A program made the translations under genes and the position numbers. Below the pieces are notes generated by a model, which was not told the DNA's origin, searched no databases, and saw only the letters and a list, made by a program, of their open reading frames with translations. A DNA stretch of 62,077 nt, counting the filler. It is 7 parts of 7 records of this genome, joined end to end, with 100 filler letters (N's around TTAATTAATTAA, not from the genome) between each part and the next. Parts side by side here need not be neighbours in the genome. Positions count along the whole stretch, not along the records: positions 18,893 to 31,110 come from SRR31147125_4657; positions 31,211 to 40,325 come from SRR31147125_4658; 5 more parts are not named here. One strand, given 5' to 3'. Position 1 is the stretch's first letter; each line of letters starts with the position of its first letter. Shown piece by piece: positions 20,622 through 31,561 of this stretch.

Positions 20622-21662
20622 ATGTCCAATATATTATCAATATTCACGCTACTGGCAGACTTTATAGTCTATACTCTAATAGGTATGAATAAAGACACAA
20701 AGTTGGCTGATAGCCTGCATTTCTTTATTGAAGATGTTACTAAAATTCTTGTACTCGTGGTAATTCTGATCTATCTAATCGGGCTTGCCCGGGCGACCCT
20801 TGATGTTGAGAAAGTACGTGATTACCTCAAAGGCAAACACCGCTTTATAGGCTATGCTCTTGCTGCCGTCTTTGGTGCTGTCACTCCTTTTTGCAGCTGC
20901 AGCAGCATCCCGCTCTTTTTAGCATTTACCTCTGCTCGCATCCCTATCGGCATTACTATGGCATTCCTTATTACTTCACCAATAGTAAATGAAGTCGCAA
21001 TACTCCTACTTGGAGCGATGCTTGGCTGGAAATTTACTGTCATGTATGTAGGTATAGGTATGCTTGCCGGTATTGTAGGCGGATATTTCTTCGATCTGAT
21101 CAAAGCTGAAAAATATCTTACTCCCCTTGGTAACCAGTCACTCGCTATGGCAGAACAAAATACCACAGCAGAGTGCACAGATAATTCCTGTGGCTGCTCT
21201 CAGCAGGAAAGTACTCCAACTGTAAGCTGGAAAGCACGTCATAAATTTGCTTGGGATGAAGTCAAAGAGATAGTGGGCAGAATCTGGAAATGGGTTCTTA
21301 TAGGCATTGCAGTCGGCGCAGCTTTTCATGGTTTTGTGCCAGAGGAATGGGTTGAAAAACACCTTAGTCAAGGTAGCTGGTGGAGTGTACCTGTTGCCAG
21401 TATTCTAGGTATTCCTCTTTACTCCAATGCTACCGGTGTTATCCCGATTGCCGAATCACTGCTACGCAAAGGTGTACCGATAGGTACAACTCTCTGCTTT
21501 ATGATGAGTGTAGTCGGTGCAAGCTTTCCGGAATTTGTCTTACTCAAACAAGTTATGAAAGTAAAACTGCTAATTATATTCTTTGTTATGCTTCTCTGTA
21601 TATTTACTATCACCGGTTGGGTATTTAATTTTCTTGCTCCGCTTCTGAATATCGGCTTCTAA
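20622..21662 (+). CDS. DUF318/ArsP-type permease
   Basis: TPFCSCSSIPLF, FLITSPIVNE, GIPLYSN, GASFPE, plus a central Cys-rich loop. Confidence 0.88.
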   Translation: MSNILSIFTLLADFIVYTLIGMNKDTKLADSLHFFIEDVTKILVLVVILIYLIGLARATLDVEKVRDYLKGKHRFIGYALAAVFGAVTPFCSCSSIPLFLAFTSARIPIGITMAFLITSPIVNEVAILLLGAMLGWKFTVMYVGIGMLAGIVGGYFFDLIKAEKYLTPLGNQSLAMAEQNTTAECTDNSCGCSQQESTPTVSWKARHKFAWDEVKEIVGRIWKWVLIGIAVGAAFHGFVPEEWVEKHLSQGSWWSVPVASILGIPLYSNATGVIPIAESLLRKGVPIGTTLCFMMSVVGASFPEFVLLKQVMKVKLLIIFFVMLLCIFTITGWVFNFLAPLLNIGF

Positions 21663-21672
21663 TTAAAATTTT

Positions 21673-21701
21673 TTGACATTTTATACAAAGTTATCGATAA
21701 T
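21673..21701 (+). promoter_or_regulatory. Sigma70 promoter of Cys-rich mini-protein 1
   Basis: TTGACA-17-GATAAT, followed by an AAGGA RBS. Confidence 0.6.
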
Positions 21702-21718
21702 TATTTAAAGGAATAATA

Positions 21719-21895
21719 ATGACTGAATACTGTTTATGCCCTAAAAAGGAATGTCCAAATCATGGTAACTGCAAAGCATGTGTACTGAAACATCGGGCAA
21801 AAGGCGAAGTACCATCATGTTTCTTTGGAGAAGTAGAAAAAAGAATTACTGATAAATCATATGAGAACTTTGCCAGATATAAGAAACTAATCTGA
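21719..21895 (+). CDS. 58-aa Cys-rich protein (DUF6485-like), missed by the ORF track
   Basis: Hand translation MTEYCLCPKKECPNHGNCKACVLKHRAKGEVPSCFFGEVEKRITDKSYENFARYKKLI. Has its own RBS and promoter, and a paralog downstream. Confidence 0.82.
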   Translation: MTEYCLCPKKECPNHGNCKACVLKHRAKGEVPSCFFGEVEKRITDKSYENFARYKKLI

Positions 21896-21931
21896 TTCAT
21901 ATTTTAAATTTTTGAACTCAGGTAAAGAAAT

Positions 21932-21959
21932 TTGTATTTATCCAAAATAAATATATAAT
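21932..21959 (+). promoter_or_regulatory. Sigma70 promoter upstream of the crcB-like leader and mini-protein 2
   Basis: TTGTAT-16-TATAAT. Confidence 0.55.
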
Positions 21960-22026
21960 TACTGGTGAAGTGCATTAGTAATAATTTTTGTAACCATTCT
22001 ATGTAGAAACTGATGATTACCTGCTG
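21958..22026 (+). ncRNA. Degenerate or variant fluoride (crcB) riboswitch-like leader
   Basis: GGTG..CATT stem at the predicted TSS, then TAACC, a TTCT/AGAA hairpin and CTGATGATTACCTGC, in crcB order. Loop 1 is too short for a canonical match. Confidence 0.35.
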
Positions 22027-22053
22027 AAATAATATTATATAAGGAGAGAGAAA

Positions 22054-22200
22054 ATGTCAGACCATTGCCCATGCCCGCATTCATGTCCGAATCACGCAAA
22101 TTGTCAGGCCTGTATCACTAAGCATCGCAATCGCGGTGAAGTTCCGTACTGCCTCAATGAAGTTGTAGATAAAATGATAGCAAAAAAATTAAGAGGTTAA
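22054..22200 (+). CDS. 48-aa Cys-rich protein (DUF6485-like), paralog of 21719-21895, missed by the ORF track
   Basis: MSDHCPCPHSCPNHANCQACITKHRNRGEVPYCLNEVVDKMIAKKLRG; AAGGAG RBS. Confidence 0.82.
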   Translation: MSDHCPCPHSCPNHANCQACITKHRNRGEVPYCLNEVVDKMIAKKLRG

Positions 22201-22224
22201 CTCTCTTCCAAAGAGATACTAATA

Positions 22225-22965
22225 ATGAAGACTGAAAGCGAACAGATAGCCGAGATTTTACAGACAGGTAATATTGCCTGTCTGACCGGTGCAGGTATTT
22301 CCACTGCTGCAGGTATACCGGATTTTCGAGGTCATAATGGTTTATATACAACTAGAAAGTATAACCCTGATACTGTCTTTGATATTGATTATTTTACCCG
22401 TGAGCCAAAGCCTTTCTTTGATTTCTCACGAGATCTTCTCTCCATCATCACTGAGCTCAAGCCAACCTTTACTCATTACTTTCTTGCTGAACTTGAAAAG
22501 CAGGGATTACTCAATACTATCATTACTCAGAACATCGACCCACTCCATCAGCAAGCAGGTACTAAAAATATAATCTGCCTTCATGGTAATTATGCCTCCT
22601 CTACCTGTTGTAACTGCAAACAGCATTATAATCTCACTGAGACTATAGCCATGATTCAGCAAACAGCTATTCCACAGTGTAAAAACTGTAATGGAATTGT
22701 CAAACCTGATATTGTATTTTTCGGAGAGAATGTCCATGGTATTTCAGAAGCAGCTGAGGCTGTAACTAATGCAGACACATTATTGATTCTGGGTTCATCA
22801 CTTGTAGTATATCCAGCTGCATCTCTACCTGAGTTGGCAAAAAGAGTTATTGTAGTCAATAAAGGTGAAGTACGCAGAATATTTGCAGAAGAAGAATATT
22901 ATATTGATATAGATCTGGATTTATTTTTTAAAGATATTGCTAAAATAATGAATATTACATTATAA
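22225..22965 (+). CDS. cobB: Sir2-family NAD-dependent protein deacylase
   Basis: TGAGISTAAGIPDFRG, TQNID, HG, two CxxC motifs, PDIVFFGE, GSSLVVYPAA. Confidence 0.9.
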   Translation: MKTESEQIAEILQTGNIACLTGAGISTAAGIPDFRGHNGLYTTRKYNPDTVFDIDYFTREPKPFFDFSRDLLSIITELKPTFTHYFLAELEKQGLLNTIITQNIDPLHQQAGTKNIICLHGNYASSTCCNCKQHYNLTETIAMIQQTAIPQCKNCNGIVKPDIVFFGENVHGISEAAEAVTNADTLLILGSSLVVYPAASLPELAKRVIVVNKGEVRRIFAEEEYYIDIDLDLFFKDIAKIMNITL

Positions 22966-22995
22966 AAGGCACAACAAAAAGTTGTACCTTTTTTT
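22964..22995. terminator. Terminator between the convergent sirtuin and dctM genes
   Basis: AAAAGGCACAAC / GTTGTACCTTTT followed by a T run. Confidence 0.65.
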
Positions 22996-23010
22996 ATTAA
23001 ATACAAATAT

Positions 23011-24277
23011 TTAAAATAATAAATTCGGCAAAAATAATATTATCTGTGGAACATAAGTAAAGATCAGCAGACTGACAATACAGACAAGCACATAGGGCAA
23101 GATTACTTTCGCAATTCTTTCAAAAGGCACCTTCGATATTCCGGAAAGAACATACAGTACCATTCCCACTGGTGGAGTCAGTAGTCCAATCATCAAATTA
23201 AGAATCATAATTATCCCAAAATGCACCGGATCCATACCAATAGTTTTTATGATCGGCATCAATACCGGAGTAAGAATAATAATTGCCGGAGTTACATCCA
23301 TAAAACAACCGACAATCAAAATTAGCACATTGAGAATTAGCAAAATTGCGTATTTATTATCAACCAGCCCGAGCAGAAAAGTTGCCAGATTCTGCGGTAC
23401 CTGATTTATCGTAAGAATGTATGAAAATATCATTGCCCCGGAAATAATAAACAGCACACTTATAACTATCTGCAAGGTCTCTTTAAAAATACTAAGCATT
23501 GCTGCCGCATTTACTGTACGATAGCACAGCCCTAAGATAGTTGCATAAAACACTGCTATGATGGCAGCCTCAGTCGGAGTAAATACTCCTCCCATTATAC
23601 CGCCTATAATTATGACAGGTGTTAATAATGGGAAAAATGCTTCTTTAAATGATGAGAATATCTCTGCAAGATCTGGTCGATGACGTTTTGGATAATTCTT
23701 TTTTCTACAGATAAAATAATTCAGACCACACATAGCAAGAGCAAGAATAATTCCAGGAGTTATACCGCCTATAAATAGTCGTCCGATAGAAACACCAGAG
23801 GTAACCCCAAATATAACTGCCGGTACACTTGGTGGAATAATTCCGCTCGATAATTGAAGAAGCTCCGGTAACAGCAAGACTGAAATCCTCATCGTAATTA
23901 TTCTTTTTCATTGCTTCAAGTTCGATTGCACCAAGCCCGCCTGTATCCGCAATAGCCGAACCAGACATACCTGAAAATATTACACTTGCAAGCACATTGG
24001 CATGTGCAAGTCCACCAGTAAATGAACCTACCAGAACATCTGCAAAATGAAATATCTTTCTGGTAACTCCAGTATGATTCATAATATTACCTGCCATAAT
24101 AAAGAATGATACCGCAAGCAGAGTAAAAGAATCTGGACCTGATGCCATTTTCTGAGCAGCAAGAGACAAAGGAATATCATTGACAATCAGATAAACGATT
24201 GAACTGCTTAAGAGACAAAACCCGATAGGCGAACCAAAAATCAGTAGTATTAAAAATACTCCAAATAAAATAAACAA
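23011..24277 (-). CDS. dctM: TRAP transporter large permease, frameshift near 23845
   Basis: FSGMSGSAIAD in the first frame. GIIPPSVP, FTPTEAA, DPVHFG, LTPPVG in the second. Confidence 0.9.
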
Positions 24278-24291
24278 AATATCTCCACTCT

Positions 24292-24775
24292 TTAATTATT
24301 ACGTATATTATAAATACTTTTTGCTTCATTTATAATTGAAGCTATCAGGTAAATTATTGTAATTACTGCTCCAACTGGAATAATCATATAGACATAATCC
24401 ATAGGCAGCAACATTGCTGAAGATGGTATGCCTTCCTGATCAATCATATATTCTTTTGCTCCAGCATAAAAATAACACATACAGTATAAATTCAATAACT
24501 GAGTAAGAATAAGAACAATTGATTTCCAGATTGCCGGCAGACGTGATTTTACATACTCCATAGAAATATGTGATTTCATTCTCATAGCATAACCGATACC
24601 AGCAAAGAGTATCCATACCTGCAGATACGGATAATTCTTCACTGAAGAGAAGAGGACTTTTAAACGCATATCTGAATAATACCTGTGAGAATAACGTAAT
24701 TGTCATAACAGCAAGCAGAAGAATAAGGAAAGATTCTTCAATTTTTTGTAGTATAATAAAAATTTTATTTAGCAT
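24292..24775 (-). CDS. dctQ: TRAP transporter small permease, frameshift near 24628
   Basis: QVLFRY...SEELS joined to YLQVWILFAG...HISME. Confidence 0.85.
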
Positions 24776-24796
24776 ATTATTCTCATAAATATAATA

Positions 24797-24821
24797 AAGG
24801 CTGTAATACAACTACAGCCTT
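24797..24821 (-). terminator. Intergenic hairpin between dctP and dctQ
   Basis: AAGGCTGTA / TACAGCCTT. Confidence 0.5.
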
Positions 24822-24845
24822 ATCATTTGGAAAATATAAATTATC

Positions 24846-25832
24846 TTACTGTATTTCACGAACTTTACCAAGCAAACCTTTACCCCATACCTGTTCATAA
24901 TCAGCATAAAGTTTTTCTGCACCTTTAACAAATGCAGCACGATCAACCTGATCTTCTTCGATAATAGTAACTCCATTAGCACTTATCTCTTCAAGACACT
25001 TATCTTCTGCTGCAAATGCTGTCTTATTAATCCAGTCTGCAGCTTCCCGACCTGCCTCCATTACTGCTTTCTGCTGTTCAGGAGTAAGTTTTTTCAATGC
25101 TTTAGTGCCAATAAAGAAGCAGTTACCGCCAAGAATATGACCTGTTTTTGTAAGATATTTCTGCACTTCATAAAATTTGTTGGTAGCAATTGTTGCAGCA
25201 GGATTTTCCTGACCATCAATTACGCCCTGCTTGAGTGCTAGATATACCTCAGGGAAAGCCATTGGAGAAGGTGTTGCTCCCATAGCGCCAACCGTAGCAA
25301 CATAAAGCTGCTGGTCTGGGCAGCGTATCTTCATACCTTCTAGGTCAGCCGGACTTTTTACAGGTTTATCAGCTGTAGTAAGATGTCTTGTTCCATAATA
25401 AAAAGCAGCAATCGGTAATACTTTTGTCTTTTTACCTGTTGCTGCAAAAATTTCACTGATTAGATCTGAATTAAAAATTCGTACTAAATGTTCACGGTTT
25501 TTTGCAAGAAATGGTGCATCAAAAATCATCATTGATTTATATCTTTTGGCTGGTTCACCAAAACCAAGCACGGCCATATCTATTACTCCCATAGCAATAC
25601 CATCAAAGATATCTTTTTCATTACCAAGCTGAGATGCTGGGTAACATTCTACAACTACTTCACCATTTGTCTTTTCTTTGACTAATTCAGCAAATTTTTC
25701 TGCTCCCTGAGCATTGGGATGATTGACCTGTTGAATATGACCAAGCTGCAACTTTACCGCATCGGCTGCATTAGAATTAACCATACTTACTATAAACATA
25801 AAGACAATTAATATACTAAATACTTTTTTCAT
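24846..25832 (-). CDS. dctP: TRAP substrate-binding protein
   Basis: Signal peptide, YPASQLGNE, DLEGMKIR, EVYLALKQGVIDGQENP, FYEVQKY. Confidence 0.93.
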   Translation of the reverse strand: MKKVFSILIVFMFIVSMVNSNAADAVKLQLGHIQQVNHPNAQGAEKFAELVKEKTNGEVVVECYPASQLGNEKDIFDGIAMGVIDMAVLGFGEPAKRYKSMMIFDAPFLAKNREHLVRIFNSDLISEIFAATGKKTKVLPIAAFYYGTRHLTTADKPVKSPADLEGMKIRCPDQQLYVATVGAMGATPSPMAFPEVYLALKQGVIDGQENPAATIATNKFYEVQKYLTKTGHILGGNCFFIGTKALKKLTPEQQKAVMEAGREAADWINKTAFAAEDKCLEEISANGVTIIEEDQVDRAAFVKGAEKLYADYEQVWGKGLLGKVREIQ

Positions 25833-26434
25833 CTGATATTTCCTTTCAACAACAGAATTACACAACCAATAATTTCATATTATAAAACCCTATTTCAAAT
25901 ATATCCCCAGAACAATGCTTAGTCAACATATTTTAAATCAAACATATGAAAGAAAATAAAATTATATGCTAATAATTATTTCCTTGAAGTTAATAAATGT
26001 AATATTTTTATATATAAGAAGTTATGATATTTTGTTGCAAAATTTATAAATCTAAATTTATCAAATTCTTCACAATGTTTTATATTGTGAAATATCATAT
26101 CATAAATTATTTGAAGTAAAACAGTTACCATTTTTGATTTTTGAATTACCAAGATAGGAATGCTAATATACATATATACAAATCGCAGTATGTATACTTT
26201 ATATTAATTATTTTATTATCTTATGCCTGATCAAATAGTTCATATCAAGAATCATGCAATATGCTAAAATTAATTTTACTTATTAGCAAAATATATATAA
26301 TAAAAAAATATAGATCATAATAATCTATATTCCGGTAAACTCTAAAATTTTAAATACTAAAGGATAAATTCTTGGTATGATTAAAGATATTGATATCTTA
26401 TAATTATATTTGCTACATTAAATATTAACAAAGA

Positions 26435-27155
26435 CTATCTTCCCATAGATAGCCTCTTGGCTAATGCTTCTGGAAGTCCAGCTGTGAGGATTTTTTCTGC
26501 AGCTTTTTTATGATCATATTCATGACGCATAAATGTCACTATATTCTCTTCTTTTTCATAAATAGCATAACATGATTTAGGGTTTTCATCCCGTGGCTGC
26601 CCGACTGAACCAATATTAACGATAACCTTTTCGGAATTATCAAGCTCAACCTCCACCGAGCGTATAAGTCATTGGTTCTGTATTAAAAAAAGCCAAAGGT
26701 TGATGACTATGCCCTAAAAAAAGTAAATCGGTTTCAAGTGTTTTAAAATTATGCTCCGCATCGGCAATTGTCTGAACATAATTAAACATTTTTGGCTGAT
26801 CGAGTGAACCATGAATTATTGTAAAATCATCCATAGTGTATACAAGTGGTAATTCACTGATCCAGTGCAGAGTAGTATCTGATACATGAGCTCTAGTCCA
26901 GAGAGCTGCTTCTTTTGCATAAGGAGTGAAATAACTTATATCAAGATCGCCAATAACTGCTGCCTCATGATTACCCATAATACAGACATCACAGGTTCCT
27001 CTGATAATTTTTGCACATTCTTCAGGTTCTGCGCCATATCCTACCACATCACCAAGACAAATGATTTTATCCGCTTTTGCTTCTTCAATTGCTTTAAGGA
27101 CAGCTGTCAGGGCTTCGACATTACCATGAACATCGCTGATTAGCGCATATTTCAA
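26435..27155 (-). CDS. Calcineurin-like metallophosphoesterase, frameshift near 26655
   Basis: SDVHGN, CLGDVVGYG, GNHE, HGS, GHSH, then NIGSVGQPRD in the shifted frame. Confidence 0.88.
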
Positions 27156-27412
27156 ATTTTTCTCCTCAAAGCTTTATAATTAATTAATACAGCTAAACAG
27201 TATAATAATACTTAATACCATTTTCAGACGCAAGTACTTTCTACCAAAATAAATATAGGGTGACTCTATTAATTGATTTTGATGAGTTACGCAGTAAATT
27301 TGTGTTCTCTTACAAATACTAAATATTGGGAAGATCAATAATATTTACTGTATTTAGTAATTACGACAGAACAAAAAAGAATAGACTGTCAAGCACTAAA
27401 GGCTTGCTATAG

Positions 27413-27958
27413 TTATACTTTTTGCTTTAGCATTAAAGGCAATCCGCAACTCATCATTATTACTGTATCTGCCTCAGCTGCTATTTTCTGCGCACACCTG
27501 CCTGACAAATCACGAAACAACCTTGCTGTTTTATTCTCCGGCACTATCCCCATACCGACTTCATTGATAATAAAGATAATCTTTACATCGATATCTTGTA
27601 AATCCAACAGCAACTTATCCATAATATCAGCAATCTTGCTTTCATTCAGCTCTTCATTGCTTAGTTCTGCTCGGTACATAAGGTTATTAATCCAGAGTGT
27701 AAGGCAATCAACCAGAATATTATCGTAATCTTTATATTTACTGAGAGTCTCAGCCAGAGCCACCTCTTCTTCTACTGTATCCCAATTTTTACCAACTCTG
27801 CGTTCTTTATGCCTCCGAATTCTGTCTTCCATCTCACTGTCAAGTACTGGTGCTGTCGCAAGATACAGCTTTCTTCCCTGACTATTCTCCAGCATCTTCT
27901 CTGCATAACTGCTCTTACCGCTGCGACATCCGCCGCTTATTAATATTATTTCAGCCAT
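27413..27958 (-). CDS. cobU: Bifunctional adenosylcobinamide kinase/guanylyltransferase
   Basis: GGCRSGKS, EMEDRIRRH, VDCLTLW, NEVGMGIVP, RLFRD. Confidence 0.93.
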   Translation of the reverse strand: MAEIILISGGCRSGKSSYAEKMLENSQGRKLYLATAPVLDSEMEDRIRRHKERRVGKNWDTVEEEVALAETLSKYKDYDNILVDCLTLWINNLMYRAELSNEELNESKIADIMDKLLLDLQDIDVKIIFIINEVGMGIVPENKTARLFRDLSGRCAQKIAAEADTVIMMSCGLPLMLKQKV

Positions 27959-28010
27959 AGAAATTCCTTTCTCATTGTTTATTCTCGCCAAACTCTTACA
28001 ATAGTCAATT

Positions 28011-31000
28011 ATGAATAATGAAACAGATTTTACCCAGATAAAGAATATTATTGATAATATTACTTCCAGACATATAGAAATCAGTGGACTTTACGGCAGT
28101 GCACTGGCAAAATTTCTTATTGAATACCAGCAAAACACCACAGATACAATTATCGTACTTACTGCTGAACCGGAAGATGCTGAAGATATTGTCTCTGATA
28201 TTCAGGTCTTCGGCGGAAAATCTCTTATTCTTCCTCCATGGGATATTCTTCCTAATGAGACTGATGTCCCAGATTTAGATATAGCGCAGGATAGAATTGC
28301 AGCTCTGCGCAGTATTGACAACAATAAACCTGTAATTATTACTCTCAGTATCTCAGCCCTACTCCAGCCAGTCATTACCCCTGATACCCTTCACGTAGGT
28401 GGCTTAGCTGTAAAAGCAGGAATGGAGATTTCTCCGCAAGCTCTTGTAGCCCGTCTGCTTGATGCCGGCTTTGTTCTTGAAGACGATGTCGATATTCACG
28501 GTCAATTCTCACGCCGTGGCGGTATTATCGATATCTTTCCATTCTTTGCCGATAAACCTGTACGCCTTGATTTCTTCGGTGACGAGATCGATACTATACG
28601 CTATTATGATACAGGTACGCAGCGAAGCGAAAAGCCTGTTGACAATGAAATTATACTGATAGATATCAATCGGGATGCATTCTATAAGTCATACAGTAGC
28701 GACTCTCTCTATTCGGTCAATAACTATATAAAAGAGAATACTACTGTTATAGCTCTTCATCCACAGAAAATTGAATATATAGCAGAACTCTATACTGCAG
28801 GCTTTGATAATACAACCAAACTTCTTAAACTTGAACCGATTATAAAGGACTTTATCAGTTATAAGCTGATTACAATAAACGATATTGCTGGTAATGAGTT
28901 CTTTACTGTTACAGACAAGACTACAGAAACTATAGAGTATGATTTCAACTGTATCTCACTCGAACGCCTCAACGGCGGTTTCGAACATGCATTCTCCGAG
29001 CTTTACCTCCTTGCGGAGCTGGAAAATGATATCACTGTATACTGCAACAATGCAGCCGAACGAGCTAGACTTAATGAGCTTTTACTGGAGTATGGGCAAG
29101 GTCTGGCGAATAAAATTCAATTGCGAATCGGAACTGTATCTACCGGCTTTTATGCAAAGCATGAAAAACTGGCAATCACTACTGATCAGCAGATACTCGG
29201 CAGAAAACAGACCAGACGTGCTGTACGTAAAAAAATATCAAGTACACCAATTGCCAGCTTCAATGAACTGCGCCCCGGTGATTATGTTGTTCACCTTTCT
29301 CATGGTATAGCAGCTTATGAAGGTGTGGAGGTTATTGATAATAATGGCACCAAAGCAGATTACCTCAGCCTCCGCTTTGCTGATGATGCCCGTATCTATG
29401 TACCGATGTCACATGTAGATCTGGTACAACGTTATATCGGCGGTGGTAGTGGCAGACCAACTCTTTCAAAAATCGGCAGTTCATCCTGGCAGAAAAGAAA
29501 GAAAACTGCAGAAGCTGCTATCAAAAATATCGCCTCAGACCTCCTCCGCCTGCAAGCAGCAAGAGAGTCACTCCCCGGTATCGCCTACAAAGCTCCAGAC
29601 GAGCTTGAGCTTGAATTTGACAATGCCTTCACCTATGCAGAAACTCCGGATCAGCTCGCAGCTATTGCAGAGATCAAAGATGATCAGGAAAAATCACGTC
29701 CGATGGACAGGCTCCTCTGCGGTGATGTTGGTTTTGGTAAAACAGAGGTTGCAATGAGAGCAGCCTTCAAAGTTGTTAATAATGACAAACAGGTTGCTGT
29801 CCTCGTACCTACTACAATTCTAGCTGAACAACATGCGAGATCCTTCAAAGAACGCATGGCTGACTATCCGGTCAATATCGCCTGCCTCTCCCGCTTCCGC
29901 ACCAATAGTGAGAGTAAGGATATCATTGAGAAATTAAAATACGGCAGAATTGATATTGTAATTGGAACCCACAGGATTCTTTCACAGGATATGCAATTCC
30001 GTGATCTCGGTCTAATTATCATTGATGAAGAGCAGCGCTTCGGAGTAGAACAGAAAGAAAGACTCAAAGAGATGCGGGTCAGTGTTGATATACTCAGCAT
30101 GAGCGCAACCCCTATCCCGCGTACACTCAATATGGCAATGCTTGGATTACGTGATATCTCCAGCCTGACAACCGCACCTACAGAGAGACAGGCAATCAGA
30201 ACCGAAGTTATCCGTTATAATGACGAACTGATACGTCGGGCAATACTCAGAGAGATCTCCCGCGGCGGGCAGGTTTTCTTTCTCCATAACAGAGTAAGTA
30301 ATATCGATAGAGTCGCCAGAGAACTTGGTGAACTCATCCCTGAGGCACGCTTCGGAGTCGGGCATGGACAGATGTCTGAGAAACAACTATTTCATGTTAT
30401 GGATAGATTTTTAAACAAAAAAATCGATGTTCTGGTCTGCACAACTATCATTGAATCAGGTGTTGATATCCCCTCAGTAAATACTCTATTTGTCAATAAT
30501 GCAGATTACTTCGGACTGGGCGAACTCCATCAACTTAGAGGGCGTGTTGGCAGATACCGTAATAAAGCTTATGCCTATTTTCTCATCCCTCCCAAGCGTC
30601 CGATTAATCCGATTGCCCAGAAGCGCCTCCACGCTCTAGAAGAATATTCTGAACTTGGTTCAGGCTTCCGTCTGGCAATGCGTGATCTGGAAATACGGGG
30701 TGCAGGAAATATTCTCGGTGCAGAGCAGTCAGGTCATATCCATCTTATCGGATTCGAGCTATACTGCCGCCTACTTGAAAAATCTGTGGCTGAGCTCAAA
30801 GGAGAAGAGCATGAAGAGCTTGAGCCGGTAGAACTAGATCTCGGTAGTATCGCTTATATTCCAACAGATTTTATCGCAGCTGATAATCAGCGAGTAGATT
30901 TCTATAGAAAATTATCCTCTGCGGTTTCAGATGAAGAACTACAGGATACCCTCAGCTTTGCTAAAGATAAATACGGCTCAATTCCAGAACAAATTGACCA

Positions 31001-31110
31001 GTTATTTGAAGACCAGCGGATACGTATACTCGCTCAGGACATCGGTATAAACTATATCGGCAGACTCGAAGCTGCTCTCATTCTCGGTTTCGCCAGAGGC
31101 AGAGGCGGCT
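28011..31110 (+). CDS. mfd: Transcription-repair coupling factor, 3'-truncated
   Basis: RGGIIDIFP, GDYVVH..HGIA, CGDVGFGKTEVA, DEEQRFGV, SATPIPRTL, QLRGRVGR, RDLEIRGAGN. Confidence 0.97.
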
Positions 31111-31210
31111 NNNNNNNNNNNNNNNNNNNNNNNNNNNNNNNNNNNNNNNNNNNNTTAATTAATTAANNNNNNNNNNNNNNNNNNNNNNNNNNNNNNNNNN
31201 NNNNNNNNNN
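31111..31210. other. Artificial contig linker
   Basis: N44-TTAATTAATTAA-N44. Confidence 0.99.
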
Positions 31211-31356
31211 AAATAGGGGTTGACCAGGTCCAGATCGGCAATAGCCACATCCATACCGGCGTCATTTCCATAATAGGCCAGATTGATTGCCGTTTCCGTC
31301 TTTCCGCTACCGTAATTTCCGGCAATGATCACAATACCGGAAAGATCTATTTCCAT
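31211..31356 (-). CDS. P-loop ATP-binding protein (GNYGSGKTE / DLDxVNPYF family), 3'-truncated
   Basis: IIAGNYGSGKTETAINLA...ADLDLVNPY. Confidence 0.75.
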
Positions 31357-31561
31357 CTGCTTTACCACTGTTGTCCATCCCGTGCTTTTGGGAAAGATGT
31401 TAAATCTCTCCCCGATAATCGGATCGTTCGATTATCATTGTCACAAGTACTCCATCCATTGATTAAAAATTAGAAAGAGATATTTTTCTCAAAAACGCAA
31501 GTTTTTTATTAAATCAGAACGTTGATGGGTTTGTAAATGATTTTTTAACTTTATCTTGACT

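Noticed and set aside
20890..20910. Selenocysteine in the permease CSC motif
   Set aside because: The codons are TGC AGC TGC, with no in-frame TGA.
22225..22965. Sir2 as an anti-phage NADase (Thoeris/DSR type)
   Set aside because: It is a canonical Zn-binding deacylase of normal length with GIPDFRG and FGE motifs and no defence partners nearby.
26069..26091. Rex operator upstream of dctP
   Set aside because: The half-sites are in the reverse order and at the wrong spacing relative to TTGTGAA-N4-TTCACAA.
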